NCBI RefSeq assembly: GCF_006345805.1
Contig: NC_042998.1
Location: 146,010,001 to 146,074,000, forward strand
DNA length: 64,000 nt
Direction: 5' to 3'
Source: Octopus sinensis
Taxonomy: Eukaryota
Made by a program: the position numbers and the translations under genes
Shown here: positions 33,099-47,100 of the stretch, piece by piece
Position numbering within the stretch: position 1 is the first letter of the stretch
Layout: each line of letters starts with the position of its first letter
The notes under the pieces: generated by a model
Seen by the model: the letters and a program-made list of their open reading frames with translations, nothing else
Told to the model about the DNA's origin: nothing
The model's database searches: none

Positions 33099-36000
33099 AA
33101 AGGAAGATATATGTGTATACATATGAGTACATGTAGTTTTATTTAGATTTACTTTTTTGCTTCCTTTTTTTATTAGGTTTCAAAGACTTGTCCTTGTAGC
33201 TCATAATAACTTCATTTTTTTTCAGGTCTTGGTTTAGATCAGTTTCGTAAATTTGATCCTAAGGTAAGTTGCGTTTATGTTCTTTTATCAATTTGATTTT
33301 ATTTATCTGGGTTGTCTTGAAATTTGTATCATGTCATCTTTTTGTTCCATTTTACTATGTTTTTGGGTTTTTTCTATTTTGTTTGTTTCTTAAGTAAGCA
33401 TTTCTTTCTTGAAAATACACACATATATACATGTAGTTATGTATTTGTATGTATGTATATACATTAAATTGATGTTATTATTTTAAAGTAAGTTTAAGAA
33501 TAACAAGGGAGTATTTACTGGTGACAGGGATTCCCTCCTGAAAGTAGCATCAAATTCTTTATAGAATTTGTGCTTGACTGAAACTTCAAGTTTCATGAGA
33601 CAATTTATTCAATCCCTGACTAAACCATCAGGCAATACTTAAAGTCCCATGTATAGACACAAACAATAGTGGGTGGAGAGAAAGGATGATCGGATGTGTG
33701 TGTGTATGTATATAAACACTAAGATACATATATGCTGCTGGAAAAAAAGCAGTGTATGTCATATGTCTGTTTAATATTTTTTATGTTGTAGATAAGTAAT
33801 GCATTATTTTGAAGGGGTTTGTTTTTCTACATTAATAATATAATAATGAGTATGAAGCACGACCTTCGAACTTTAGGTCTCACTGAGGAAATGACTAGAG
33901 ACCGAGACCTCTGGAAGTGTGCTGTGCGCGAGAAGACCCGGCAGGACAAGTGAGTCCACAACCCGTGGCCTTCTACATGGGATGGAGCCAGCCTACGTAT
34001 GCATACCTTCCCTTCTTGGGACACAAAGCTCTACTTGTGAAGACGTGTTGAGGCAAGTGAGGATCAGAATCGAAATCGATCAATGGAAATTGCGGATGTG
34101 CTACCAGTGCCGGTGGCATGTCGAAACTCTGCTTGTGAAGACCCATTGAGGCAAGTGAGGATCAGAATCGAAATCGATCAATGGAAATCGATCAATGGAA
34201 ATTGCAGATGTGTTACCAGTGCCGGTGGCATGTAAGAGAACTTTCCGTTTCGCGACCGTTGCCAGCCTCGCCTGGCCCTCGTGCCGGTGGCACATAAAAA
34301 GCACCATCCGTTCGTAGCCGTTTGCCAGCTCTGTCTGGCACCAGTGCGGGTGGCACGTAAAAAGCACCCACTACACTCACGGAGTGGTTGGCGTTAGGAA
34401 GGGCATCCAGCCGTAGAAACACTGCCAGATTTGACTGGGCCTGATGAAGCCTTCTGGCTTCACAGACCCCAGTAGAACCGTCCAACCCATGCTAGCATGG
34501 AAAACGGACGCTAAATGATGATGATGATTGTATACTGTACTCGGTTACACAATTCATTGGAAAGGGATAAAAGAGAAGAAAACCAGTCAAGACAGCAATG
34601 TAAACCAAAGCTACATTCATTGTACACATGTACTTGCTCAAAGCATAAAAGTATAGCATACACTTGATCTGTGTTATGTGTATTGCATAGATTTTTATGT
34701 TTCCGTCTGTCATATATTTAATATCTCATTATTTAACATCCATGTTCCATACTGGCATGGGTTGAACTGTTTGACATGATCCAGCAGGTTCAAGGACCAC
34801 TTCATGCTCCAATGTTTACTTTGGCATGGTTTCTATGGCTGGATGCCCTTTTGATGACGGTGCTGTTTTGCATGTCACTAGCACTAGCAAGGTTGCCATG
34901 CAGCCTGCAAAACTATAAACACCATGAGAGTTGGCTTTATGCTAAGAGATGAAGTATTGGGGTGGTTAAAGAATGAGAGAAGGGAGCAGAACAGGTTTCT
35001 TGCTGTTAAGGAATCACGTAGCTAAACACATTTCAGAAGAGAGGGTGGAGGGGGTGATCATTGTGGAATGGAAAAGAGATAAAATAGATAAGGATGAGGT
35101 ACAAGGTGAGTAGAAATGAATTGGAGCAGTAGATCCAGGAGTGTGAGATTGTATAGTAGAGTGAGTGTTGGAGTCTGGGTAAGAAGGTGAGTATAATGAT
35201 GAATAAGTGTTAAGTGGATAAGTAGAGGTTGGGTAGAGCAGGTGTCTCTCTGGAATAAACTGAGGAAGCTGTTAATATATATTAAATGGATAATAGTTTA
35301 GTTGTAACATTGATAATATTATCAATCAAAATTTACACTATATCAACAATTTTTATAGAGATAATTTTCTTTTATTGACATAAGTATTGATTTATATTGT
35401 GTAATGTATCTTATAAGTGTGTATATGTATGTATTGAAGTTATGTCTTTGTTGACATGATATTCATTTACCCAGGTAAATTAATGGATTTGTATCTTTTT
35501 GTTTTAATAATGTAAGGTTTTGTCATTCTTCTTGTTTTAAATTTACATTGTGCTTTTTGATTCCAGCTCAGTTAAAATAATCTTTATTTCATTTGATGTT
35601 AAATGTTATATCATTTTTAGTTATTGTTTGGTTAATTTTTTCGTTATTGTTGTTGTTTTCTCAACTTAAAATCATATGAAAATAACTTTTGGTCTATTCT
35701 CATGCATTAACATCAACCTATCAAACCCACAGCTTTGAATGTGGTACTTTGTCATTAAGTAAAAGCTTGGTATTTCTCAGTTATGTTTGTCTCTATAATA
35801 CACATGTGAGCTTTATACTTCACACAGCACTATATTTATATGAAATTACTTATTTTATATTCCTGTTGCACTTATGTTTATATACTCTTCTGAGTTAAAT
35901 ATGAATTAATTTACACTATATACACACACCCATTTGATATACATTTGTAATATACTACCTGTGAAGTTTATTTGGTGAAAGAAGCTGTGTAATTTACACA

Positions 36001-39000
36001 TGTATTTCATTAAAAATTCATTAAAATTTTACTTTTATATTAAATTCTAGTGAGGATCTCTCTATTACAATCAGTATTGATCCATTATCAATAGTGAAAA
36101 CAAATTGTGTTTAACAGTAATTAACTGTTAATTAACTGAAATATGGAAATAGTTTTAATGTATATTTATACCTTAGGATTAAATTTTAATTTTTTTAAAA
36201 CAGTTTTTCTGTTCATTTTAATAATCTACAAAATAATTTATTTACAATTTACAAATTAAACATAAATCAATATATTATATAGCTGTGTTGTTGTTTCTCT
36301 TATCAACTTTTTGTTGTTTAAGGTGTTTTTTGTAGTGATTAAAATCCTTGTGAGTGTAGCACTTTCAGGATCCTCTTGAAGAGAATATACTGTTGTTTTC
36401 TTTTGCCTAATCTTGTTCCACTGGAAGACTCAGATGAATTCCTTTCTTTCTCTCTCTCTCTCTCATATATCATACCTACAGGTATTGTCAATCATGGACA
36501 TTCATGCCATCATGTCAGCAAAATTAGCACATTATTGGGCTGGTCTTTCTAAAACCAGATGCTAAGGCTGTCAAGTATCTCTGATTTTCCTGGCTTCTTC
36601 TTCCTTGTCAGTGTCTCAGTTGTTACTCAGTGCTTGATGTTTTTTCTTCTTATTTCATTTCCACAGACTTAGCCTGTTGTCTCCTCCATATATTGTTGAG
36701 AAACTTCTTACTTATCTTTGCTCATCCAAGGCCCCTGATATTTGTCACTCTATGTAGAATAATTTCAGCATTCTTCTAAAGAACCACACCTCTAGTATTA
36801 ATAAGCTTGAATTATTATTAAGTTAAAAACAGAAGTCACTTGTTCATTTTACACTATTTCAGTTGTTGGCAGTTTGGGTTATACTTATTCATAGTACCTA
36901 TTTGCAGCCAAATAGACTGAACCAGCTAGAACAATGTACTTTACTATTAATACAGCACAATACTAACAAAGAAAAAAGGAATATATATAAACCAATTTTG
37001 GATTGATATTCAACACTTAATCAGTTAATGCAGGTCTACTTGTATAATTTTTAAATGTCAACAAAAGAGTATAAAGAAAGATGTAGCAATTACTTAGTCA
37101 CTTACTAATTTCAGAATGTTTTGTTTTTTATTTTGCTTAATTTTATAATCATTAATTAAAAAAAATATTTAGCATTGTGTCATCTTGTGAGCAACTTGTA
37201 TTTATACTTTCCATGTAAACTAAAAATATAACAAAATCAAATTCGATGACTGTGATATTGGACTGTGTTTAAACTTATTTAATAATCTGCAAACTATAGA
37301 TATTTAACAGAAAAGCATAAATTTTACCTGCAGTTCATACTCTAACTATATATAAATATAGTTTGAACAATGTGAAGTTTATTACTTTTTAGCCAAATAT
37401 GTTGCTTTCAAAGATCTTTTTAGCAGATTATGTAAATACACACAAGTCAGTCCCAGTTGGATTTACTGTAATAATGAGCTGGAGTTCAATGACCTGTCAT
37501 GAATTGAGATATTAATTACTGTGGATTTATCCTTTGATGCTTAGACATCAATTCTCTATGTGGATAGTAGTTTAAATATATACACAGTGTTATTCCTATG
37601 GCATGTGGTTTTATGGGAACCTATATCTTACTAAGTTATTTCTCAATACACATTTTTTTTTCTAACTGTTGATATTTGAATATTTAAATTTCTTTGCCCA
37701 GTTGATTTACTTGTTTCTTCCATCATCACACACTACACATACTGTATACTATCTTGTTACCACATACAAACAACACAAACACTTTTATGAAACTACCTTT
37801 TGCTTTGTGAAACTCATTCATCATGAAACAAGGAAAGGACAACACTTTGAAGTAATTGACAATTTTAGTTCAGTATATTTTTCTCAATTTATGCTATCTT
37901 GTTTCATTGTCTCTTGTTTACAAATGGTAAGTTCAGTTGGTTTGCTGGTAGCACAATTGTATCAACTCTGCTTTGTTAGAAAATTCAGACTATTTCATGA
38001 CATGCACCAGATAGTCACATGCAAATCTGACAGAACATATTGAGAATGAATAGATAGGTTATTATCAATATAGTTCACTTGTTCTGTATATTAGTCTAAT
38101 ACTGTTTGTTTAACAATTCTGTCACTATGACTGTATATTTATATTTGTATGGCTATTATAGAATGTATGTGTTCTAGATTCAAATAAATATGTAGTGTTG
38201 TAGTTTTTGTTTTCTTTCAACCATTTTATATTCTCTAATTGCAGTTGGAATGAAGCTTTTTTTTATATATATTTATATATATAAGTTTCAGTTATCCTTA
38301 ATTCTCTTGCGTTCTTTGTTTCTTTTTTTATACATAATGTGAACATTTTCCTTCTCTTTATATATAATATGAAACTGTTTTGCGTTTTGTTTTTTTCTTT
38401 TCTTAACCTTTTCCTTCCAAAAATAAATAGCAAAATTTTGTTATTTATTTCATCTCTTTTTGCCTTTAGAAGGATTCATTGGTGAGTTTAGTGTCCCTTT
38501 TAATATCTCTTTACCTTTTCCCCCTCCACCCCTCTTCTTTCTTTCTCTCTCTGTTTCTCTCTTTCTATCTCTGTCTCTTTCTCTATTGATCCTACTGACA
38601 GTTAACAATTTTTGGTCTTGATACATACATTTGTGTTCTAGAATCAGTGGAATGCCTTTCTCATGATTAATTCTTGTCTTCTACGCAAGGAAGACAGAAT
38701 TCATTAAGACTATTTTCATTTCTACATTTTTGCCCATTCACTCTGTTCAAATGAGTTTGCATATTATTATATTTATTATTTTTTTTCCTAACTGTTGTTT
38801 ACAATCTGGTTTTTGCACTTAGTCAAACCTGTTGCCATGTAAGAAAAACAACAGAACCAATGTTAATAGTTCTTTCTTAATCATCACTTGTATCAGAAAT
38901 CAGTGTTACTTTTTTTTATTTTTGCATTCTCCGTAGTATTTTCATTGCCTGCGGCACTATTATAGATATTTCGCCACACAAGTTTTTTTCTGTTTGACCT

Positions 39001-40016
39001 GCCCACCCCTATTTTTAAAGGAATCTTATTAAAGCAATGATTTTATACAACATTCATTTCAGTAAATGACTATGATGATAATGATTTCTTTTGATGAAAT
39101 ATTTTAGGGGTGGCTGGGGTATATTTTCATAGAGAGGTAATAATGTCAAGTTTATTTTTCATAAACTTCAGCTGGATGAAATTATATTCAACCTAGAGGG
39201 ATTTGAACTTATGAACTGTGAGATATTGATTGATTTGACTGCAGTAAACATAAGTTCATCAATCTACAGTTTCAAACTTTCTCCAATACCCTTTCATCAT
39301 CATGTTGTTGTCATCCAAATAGTTGCTCATTAAACTACACAACTAATAGTCCCTTGGTCTCATTTAAAGTTTATATATATATTCTTAAATAATAATAATT
39401 ATAAGCTTTAAGCTTATAAGTATTCACCATGCTAAAGAAAGTAGTCAAATATTGGGGCATATAAGCCCTCAACAGAAAAAATATATGCCCCATTATTAGA
39501 CTATTTTCTTTAAACAATATACTATAAACACTTATAAGCTTAAAGCTTATAATTATTATTATTTATAGAATTTTCACTTGTTACCATTTCTTCATCTAAT
39601 GCAGAAATATATATATATATATATATATATCACCTTGATCACCTTGACCGACCAGTCCATCAGGTGTCCATTTGACACTGCTGGTCACAGCCCGCTGGAT
39701 TGCGCCTTTCTCATCCACTTAATCCCAATCGCACTCCTGAAATCATAACTCTACCGTCGTGGAGGCTTTCCACTCGACAACTGCACAGGTCCATGGATCA
39801 GCTTAAGACCATGCTGACAGAGCTCGACATCAAAAGCTCTGCAGTAGGTCTCAAGATGAACCGCATGAAAACGAAGTTCATACAGTCAGACAACGTACCA
39901 ACAGGTTGAATGGTGATTGGCAGTGATGAAATAGAGGAGGTAAAGGAATATGTCTACCTGGGACAGGAAGTGAATATGTGCTCACCGATATATATATATA
40001 TATATTATATATATAT

Positions 40017-40047
<31 letters not shown>

Positions 40048-43000
40048 CTCACATTAAATAGAGCTTTCTGATCTCTTATAACTGCTTAGTAGTAGTGAGG
40101 TGGTGATGGATGTAATATTTTGTTTAACAAAAATGGTATCAAAATGTAGGTGGCTCATGGAAACCCAAATTCATGGCCACAGTTTCACTTTCCTGCTGGA
40201 GTTATTTTCACTTTGTTGTACTCTCACTAAGAACCTTTGGAAAGTCATCAACCCCACAATTTGTTATTTAGCAGTATAAAAATTCTAGGTTTTTATACCT
40301 GCAAATTAAAGAGTAATCACTAGCATGAAGATTGAAGTCTTTAGAGTCCTTAACAAATATCTCGATGACCCAGTGGATTACAGATCATTAATTAATTTAG
40401 TGTTTGTTTCCATGTTTATCGACTGAGTGGTCTCTTCTCTTAAGAAGCTTTATACAATAAAAAAATAACTATTAAATGAAGCAGCATTTCATGACAAAGT
40501 TATTTTGGATTGAGTGATTTTTAAATTCAAGTTTGACTTGATTGAAAAACTTTGTCATTTGTGCATACTCCTATGCATGCCAGCACATTCATGTGTATGT
40601 ATATGTGCATACATTCAATGAGCATAAATTTGGCTTGTGTTGTTAACTAAAATGTTGAGTTTAGTAATTAAGTTTCCTTCTATAAAATCTCATTCTATGT
40701 ACCCCAGGGTGGATATGTTTTTCTTCAGACAAATGCCAATTTTCTTAGAAAAGGGATTTTCAATCACCTTTAGAATTTGAACTCAAAACTAAGCACTAAA
40801 ACTTAATACATTAGAACAACAGTTTTCTACATACCTCTCAGCTCTAATATATGCTATATCACATTTCAATCTATAGATTTGGTGAAGGTTTTTACCAAAT
40901 ATTTCACAGATGGCTGATCACTTCCAATACCCATGTTTGTGGGCAGGTTTTCTGAATGTCACATTGGTGCTTGAGCCTTATTGAGCAAAATTCACTGAAA
41001 TGATGTATTGATTGTGGATTGTGGCATGAGTGAAGTCCACTTTCCCAAGGAGAGACATTAATGTCATAACATAGGGAACTAATGTAATAAACGGGCTCAG
41101 TTCATACACCATAGCAATAGAGATATGTTACCCTATCACCAGAACCCCTTTCTGTCTTTTATAAGGAGCAAAGGAATAGACATTTTCATCATCATTTAAC
41201 ATCCATGTTACATGCTGGCATGTGTTGGATGGTTTGACAGGATTTGATGGGTCCAAGGACTTCATCTTGCTTCACTGTCTGCTTTGACATGGTCTCTAGG
41301 ATTGGATGCCATTCCTAATACCAAATGCTTTACTGCACGTGCTCTGTGCTCTCCTTTTTTTTTTTATCATGACATGAACACTAGTGAGGTCACCATGCAG
41401 CTTTCAAGACTATGAATTCGGAAAGAGCTAGCTTTATGCCAAGAGATGAGTTAAAATATAAGAGAAGGGTCCAGAGTAGAACATCTTTCTTGCTGTAAAG
41501 GATTCACAACATGCCTACTCACATTTTAGAAGAGAAGGTCAGTGTGATTGGGTGAAGCTGGAAAGAGATAAAATAGTGCTGATGTGATGCCTGGGTGACT
41601 GCTCAAGCTATGGGGTGAGTAGAAGTAAATTGGAGCTTGCTACAGTATGAAAGAATGAGATATGGGAAATAGCTGAGATGGCAATAAGAACAAGTGTTGA
41701 GTAATAAATATTAGAGGTAGGGAAGAGTAACTGTAGAGATTGAGGAACATGGAGGGGTAGATAAGGGATGGGAGGCTGACCAGTCATGAAGAACAGCAGA
41801 ATAAACAAGTGGCTTTAATGTAACATAATACTGGCACTTGGTTTTGTTTTACAACCTTTGCAGGATTTTAAACCTGCTGTTTTAAAGCATCAGATTCGCT
41901 GTTATAGTGTAGCATGTTCGTTAAGTGTCTGGAATAAGTAAGACTGAACAATCATCATCATCATCATAAGTCAAGAAAATCTGGTATTTAGTCCTTTGCT
42001 TAATCTATGCTTATCAGCTTGAAAATTAAGGTTTTTTATTTTTTTTTACTTCAAAAATTTTGTAAACAAGTGAATAGTTTGAAATATTTCCAGTAATCGT
42101 TGAATAACCTTTCATGTGTTATTGGTTGTTTTGTTTTTTTTGTTTTTTAATTCCATCTGTGGCCAAATATCTACAAGATATGTTGAGATTATATAAATAT
42201 TAGTTTGTAAGTTATTAGTAGTATTTTTATTAATATTCTTTGTCTGTGGTGGGACATAGGACCACAAGTGTTTTCTTAGTTGCTGATATCAAAATCTTTG
42301 ATATAAAAAAAGAACAATGTGCAGCTGGACCTTGGTATAAAAGAAATATCTATCTTATTGCAGTTCCCTCCAAAAGTCTGCTGAATGAAACAAACTTTTA
42401 ATATTTTCTATTTTAGAGTAAACTTTCAGATTCAATTATTTTACTTTCCATATAATGAATATAGTATTTAATTTATTTTTTTTCATTTTATTTCTCTTTC
42501 TTCTAAAATTTGCAGTGTATATATATATATATATATATATATATTCCATATTTTACACATAGATTCATATCTCAATCTTTTAAAAAATATTTTGCATTCA
42601 TTCATAAAATGCTTTTCATTTTTTAAAAAAATTTTTACTAACATGGCTTTACTAGGTCTACAAATTTTGACATTTGCATGTCTTTTTGGAGTGGATTTTT
42701 ACATCGAAATACTCTCTTCATAATACTAATTTTTCTTTTCCTCCTCTTAAACTGGAGTTACTTTTTATTTTTGAGTTAATGAAGTTTTATCTCTATCTTG
42801 CTTTTGCTTTTCTTTTTAACATGTAAATGAAGTCTTCAAAATTAAATTAAAATATATTTTTTAAAATGTTGGTGTGACATAGCTGAGCTTTTGTATTTTA
42901 AAATTCTGCATTTTTGCTTCTGCCTCATCAATAAGCAATACATAGCTGTTATTCAGTGATATGCAGTAAGACATCACTATATGTTATCAGAAAAGGGTTT

Positions 43001-44107
43001 GCAGTTGAAACAGAGCTGAAAGATTTCATAAATCTATTAACCTCATCTTGTTTTTCTTTAAGAGAATTGTAAGTTGCAATAAAGGTTTGTGAAGTTCAAA
43101 AGTAACCAAATCTCAATCTGTACCAATATGTCAAGCAAAAACAACCAGTTTATACCAATCTCTAAATGAAAACATAATTTTCCAAACAATTATTAGTTAC
43201 AGTAATAATTGACTTCTTTTGTCTAGGTACAAGGCTGTTTAAATATATATTTCCCCATGGTTGAGTCATATTAATATAATAGTAATGCTAGCAAAGCTTA
43301 ATTATTTTTCAAGTATCATCATCCTTTTTCATCCATTCTTTTTCTATGCTTACTTAGTGTTGGATGAATCTTCTCCACTACAGTGTCTTGCCACTTCATC
43401 CTGTCATTTATCATCTCCTTCATGCAGGTTCAGTATCCTGAGAGAAGCTTTTACCACTTCTGTTCTTTTCCATGTATTCTAAGGAAGTTTGCCAAATACC
43501 GGGAGCTGGTAGAGCAATGCAAAAACCAGAGCTAGCAGACACGTTGCAAAGTAATTGAAGTGGGCTGCCAGAGTGTCATGGGGCATTCATTCTGTAAAGC
43601 TATGACTAGGCTTAAAGTTACTGGTGCAACAAAGAAGGCAGCCATAAATTCCATTACTAAAGCTGCAAAGAAAGCCACTAGGTGACTTTTGATAAAGATG
43701 ATAGACTGGTGGATCATTGCTACTGTGATGCAAACTGGGACTTGATCAACTCTGGTTGGATCAACAAGGCAAGGGAGTCTGATGAGGAAAGACCTGAAAC
43801 CCCAGAAACATCATTGATGATGCATCCCAGAGCATACATAAGTTGTATCTTGGAACATCACTGAAGATTACTTTTTTTTTTTCTGTTATATCTATGAAAT
43901 TCTATGCAAATCTTTTGGTGACATTGTAAATTAAAAATGACAGGGTACATCTCCAACCTCTGGAAACTTATCTATTCAGGATTGTCTAAAATTGTTTTAG
44001 AAACCTAAGAAAATTAATTGGCAATAAACCTTAGTCTAGATGGAATGTCTGGGCATCTGGGAACATTTTATATATTAGAAGTGAAACATACTGAATGGAC
44101 CTGAATC

Positions 44108-44157
<50 letters not shown>

Positions 44158-47100
44158 TATTATATTTTATCTTATCCAAAACATATAAAATAAATATTGA
44201 TCCTAAATGCTAATCATAAAAAAACTGGATAGACAGGACTACTAATAAGGGAACATCGTCGTCATTTGTTATGTGAACTAGGCTTCTCATGGGAGCACAA
44301 AACCAAAGCAGAAATTTATTGATATACTCTGCTCACCTCTATTATCTGTTCAATGCAAGGTAGGCTTTGCTGACCACTGTTATTATGCTGAACAACATTC
44401 CATATCAGATGTTGTATGTTGAACACTTTGGCACCCTAATAGAAGATAAAGATCCACTTAGTTACATTGATGTTATTGGCAGAAATACACATGAAATTGA
44501 ATAACTACCTTGGGTCTTTAACAGGGTACAGACATTCTTGGTATGGCATTGTGAGACCTGTTTTGGTTGTGGCCACTTGAAGAAGAGGTGAAATGTTATG
44601 TTTATATTGGGGTAGGAGGACAGTTTATGTTTTTGATATTGGTGACGCTAAGTAAGAAAATAGTTTGATACAGGTTGAATAATTTATTTTACTGTGAATG
44701 TAGATACTCTACAAATATTACATACATACCCAAGGCAGTTTTTCTTTTGCAGCCTGCATGATGGAAATATAGTTTCTACTGTAGAAAGCCCAGCAAGGTT
44801 TCTGCAATTCTAGTGAATGTTTTATTCACTGTTTCCGATATATTGAAGCATGAATTTCATTTAAGCAAGTGACAATCAAGTACATGGCATTCACAATCCT
44901 CAAGAAACATAAAATGCTACAGCAACAAAGTTGATTTCTCTCTATTATATTGTGCTTTTAACACAAGTCTGTGAAAAGATTTTATATCAGACAATTTCAC
45001 AGTATCAGGCCTTCTAACTGTATGTATACATTTAGTATGATACAGATATTTTAATTTAATGCTGTTTTACCTGCATATACCTAAAGTTTTTTTTTTTACA
45101 GCCTGGCAAGCTTCTGCAATACTATTGAATGTTATATTCACTGTTTTCTATCTATCAAAATTGAAATTTCTTTTAACCTTTTAGCGTTCAGATTATTCTG
45201 TCAAATAGAATGCTTATTTATGCTCATCATTTTGAATTAATCATGCATTATCTTGGAGCTTTGAAATTTCGATGATGTGATTCTTTATTTTTAGAGTGAC
45301 ATTGTAGGATAGGTTTGAGCAGATAGACCTGGCCAGTGAGAGCATAAAAACATGCAGAATATTTTGGCCAGATATGGCCTGTGTAAATGCTAAAGGGTTA
45401 AGCAGGTGAAATTTAGGTGCATGGCATTGATAGACCTCAAAAAGGCAAAATGCATTTGTCATTCTTGTGAGTCACTGCAGTGATAATGTTTGTCTCATTC
45501 TAATATATATTGGGTTTTTATGAAAATATTTCATTTCAGACAACTCCACAGCATCATGCTTTCTAACAGTGTGTAAACATGAAGTCTGATACACAAACGG
45601 CAATTGTAACTTTATTTAGCAAGTATTCATTGACTGGCTTATTCTTAATATTTGATTGTTATATATAGTAACATCAGTTAAGGTTTGGTGCTTCTCCTAC
45701 ATAACATGATTCTGGTCTGGTAATGGATATCAAAGGTTTGATAATTTTGTTTCTTAATTATTTTCAAGGAACTTTTCAACGTTGTTCCTTCTAAATAGTC
45801 ATGGCTTGGAATGTGTTCTTTCAGCCCGGATTCCAATTGAAACACATCCATTGTCATAGTAAGTACTGTCTCAAACCTTAGGACTCATAAGACTCACTTT
45901 CTATGTTGTATAAGTGAATGTGATCACCACATTCTCCCCCGAACAGAATACTTGTCAATCACAGGGTTACTCATTTACCACTAAATGGACTGGAGTTATG
46001 TGAAATAACAAGAATGCACTGTCCAGTTCATGAATCAAAATCACAATCTTGTGATCATGAGTGCAGTACCCTAACCACTGGATTATACACCTTCACACAC
46101 ATTGTCTTAGAGACATTCATTATCTTTAAGTCGCATTTTGCAACCAATGACTACATATTGATGCAGTCATCCAGAGGCTTTTTTACTTCCTGTTTTGCAA
46201 GGTCAGCAGGTATCAGCTCTCTTAAATATTCTGTCACCTTATATGAAGATTGATACTGCAGTTTTTTTTTGTTTGTTTGTTTTGTGGGGGTGTCCCATCA
46301 TCAAAAAATTTATGCCATCATTTACCTTGAGAGAAAAGTTGGACCTCAGAAGCATCAGATGTGGTGTGCAAAAGAGACGACTGTGCTGGTATGGACATGT
46401 GGCGAGAATGGATGAGGATAGCTGTGGGAAAAAGTGCCACACCCTAGCAGTTGAGGGAACCTGTGGAAGAGGTAGACCCAGGAAGATCTGGGATGAAGTG
46501 GTGAAGCACGACCTTCGAACTTTAGGCCTCACCAAGGAAATGACTAGTGACCGAGACCTTTGGAAATATGCTGTGCTTGAGAAGACCCGGCAAGCCAAAT
46601 GAAACCATAAACTCGTGGCCTATGCCAGGGACGTAACCAGCCCACTTATGTGTACCTTTTCCTTCTTTGGACACTAAACTCTGCTTGTGAAGACCTGTTG
46701 AGGCAAGTGAAATCAAAATCAAAGTGAAATTCGATGACAGGCATCCGTGCTAGCGGGGTGCAAAGAGCACCATACGAGCGGGATCGTTGACAAAAAAAGC
46801 ACATAAAAGGCACCATTCGAGTGTGATCATTACCAGCATCGCCTTACTAGCACTTGTGTCCTGTGCTAGTAGGGTGCTAAGAGCACTATCCGAGTATGAT
46901 CGTTGCCAGAGCGGCTAACTGGCTTCCGTGCCGGTGGCATGTAAAAGGCACCATTCAAGCATCGCCTTACTGGTACCTGTGCCAGTGGCATGTGTAAAAA
47001 GATTCGAGCGAGGTCGTTGCCAGTACCGCCTGACTGGCCCCTGTGCTTGTGGGCATGTAAAAGCACCCACTACACTCTTGGAGTGGTTGGCGTTAGAAGG

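Noticed and set aside
36323-36349. 27-nt in-frame segment VFFVVIKIL with a GTGAGT donor
   Set aside because: Weak TAAG acceptor and intron-like T-rich content; not supported enough to call, though worth including in a junction search.
38823-38838. 16-nt AG/GT-bounded segment
   Set aside because: Not divisible by 3, with only moderate splice sites.
41864-41937. 74-nt segment with a good acceptor and TAA|GTAAGA donor
   Set aside because: Frame-shifting with a weak donor context; cannot be separated from background without reads.
43779-43800. CTGATGA...GAAAC hammerhead-ribozyme-like core
   Set aside because: Stem II would be about 2 bp, and no stem I or stem III with a cleavage triplet can be built around it.
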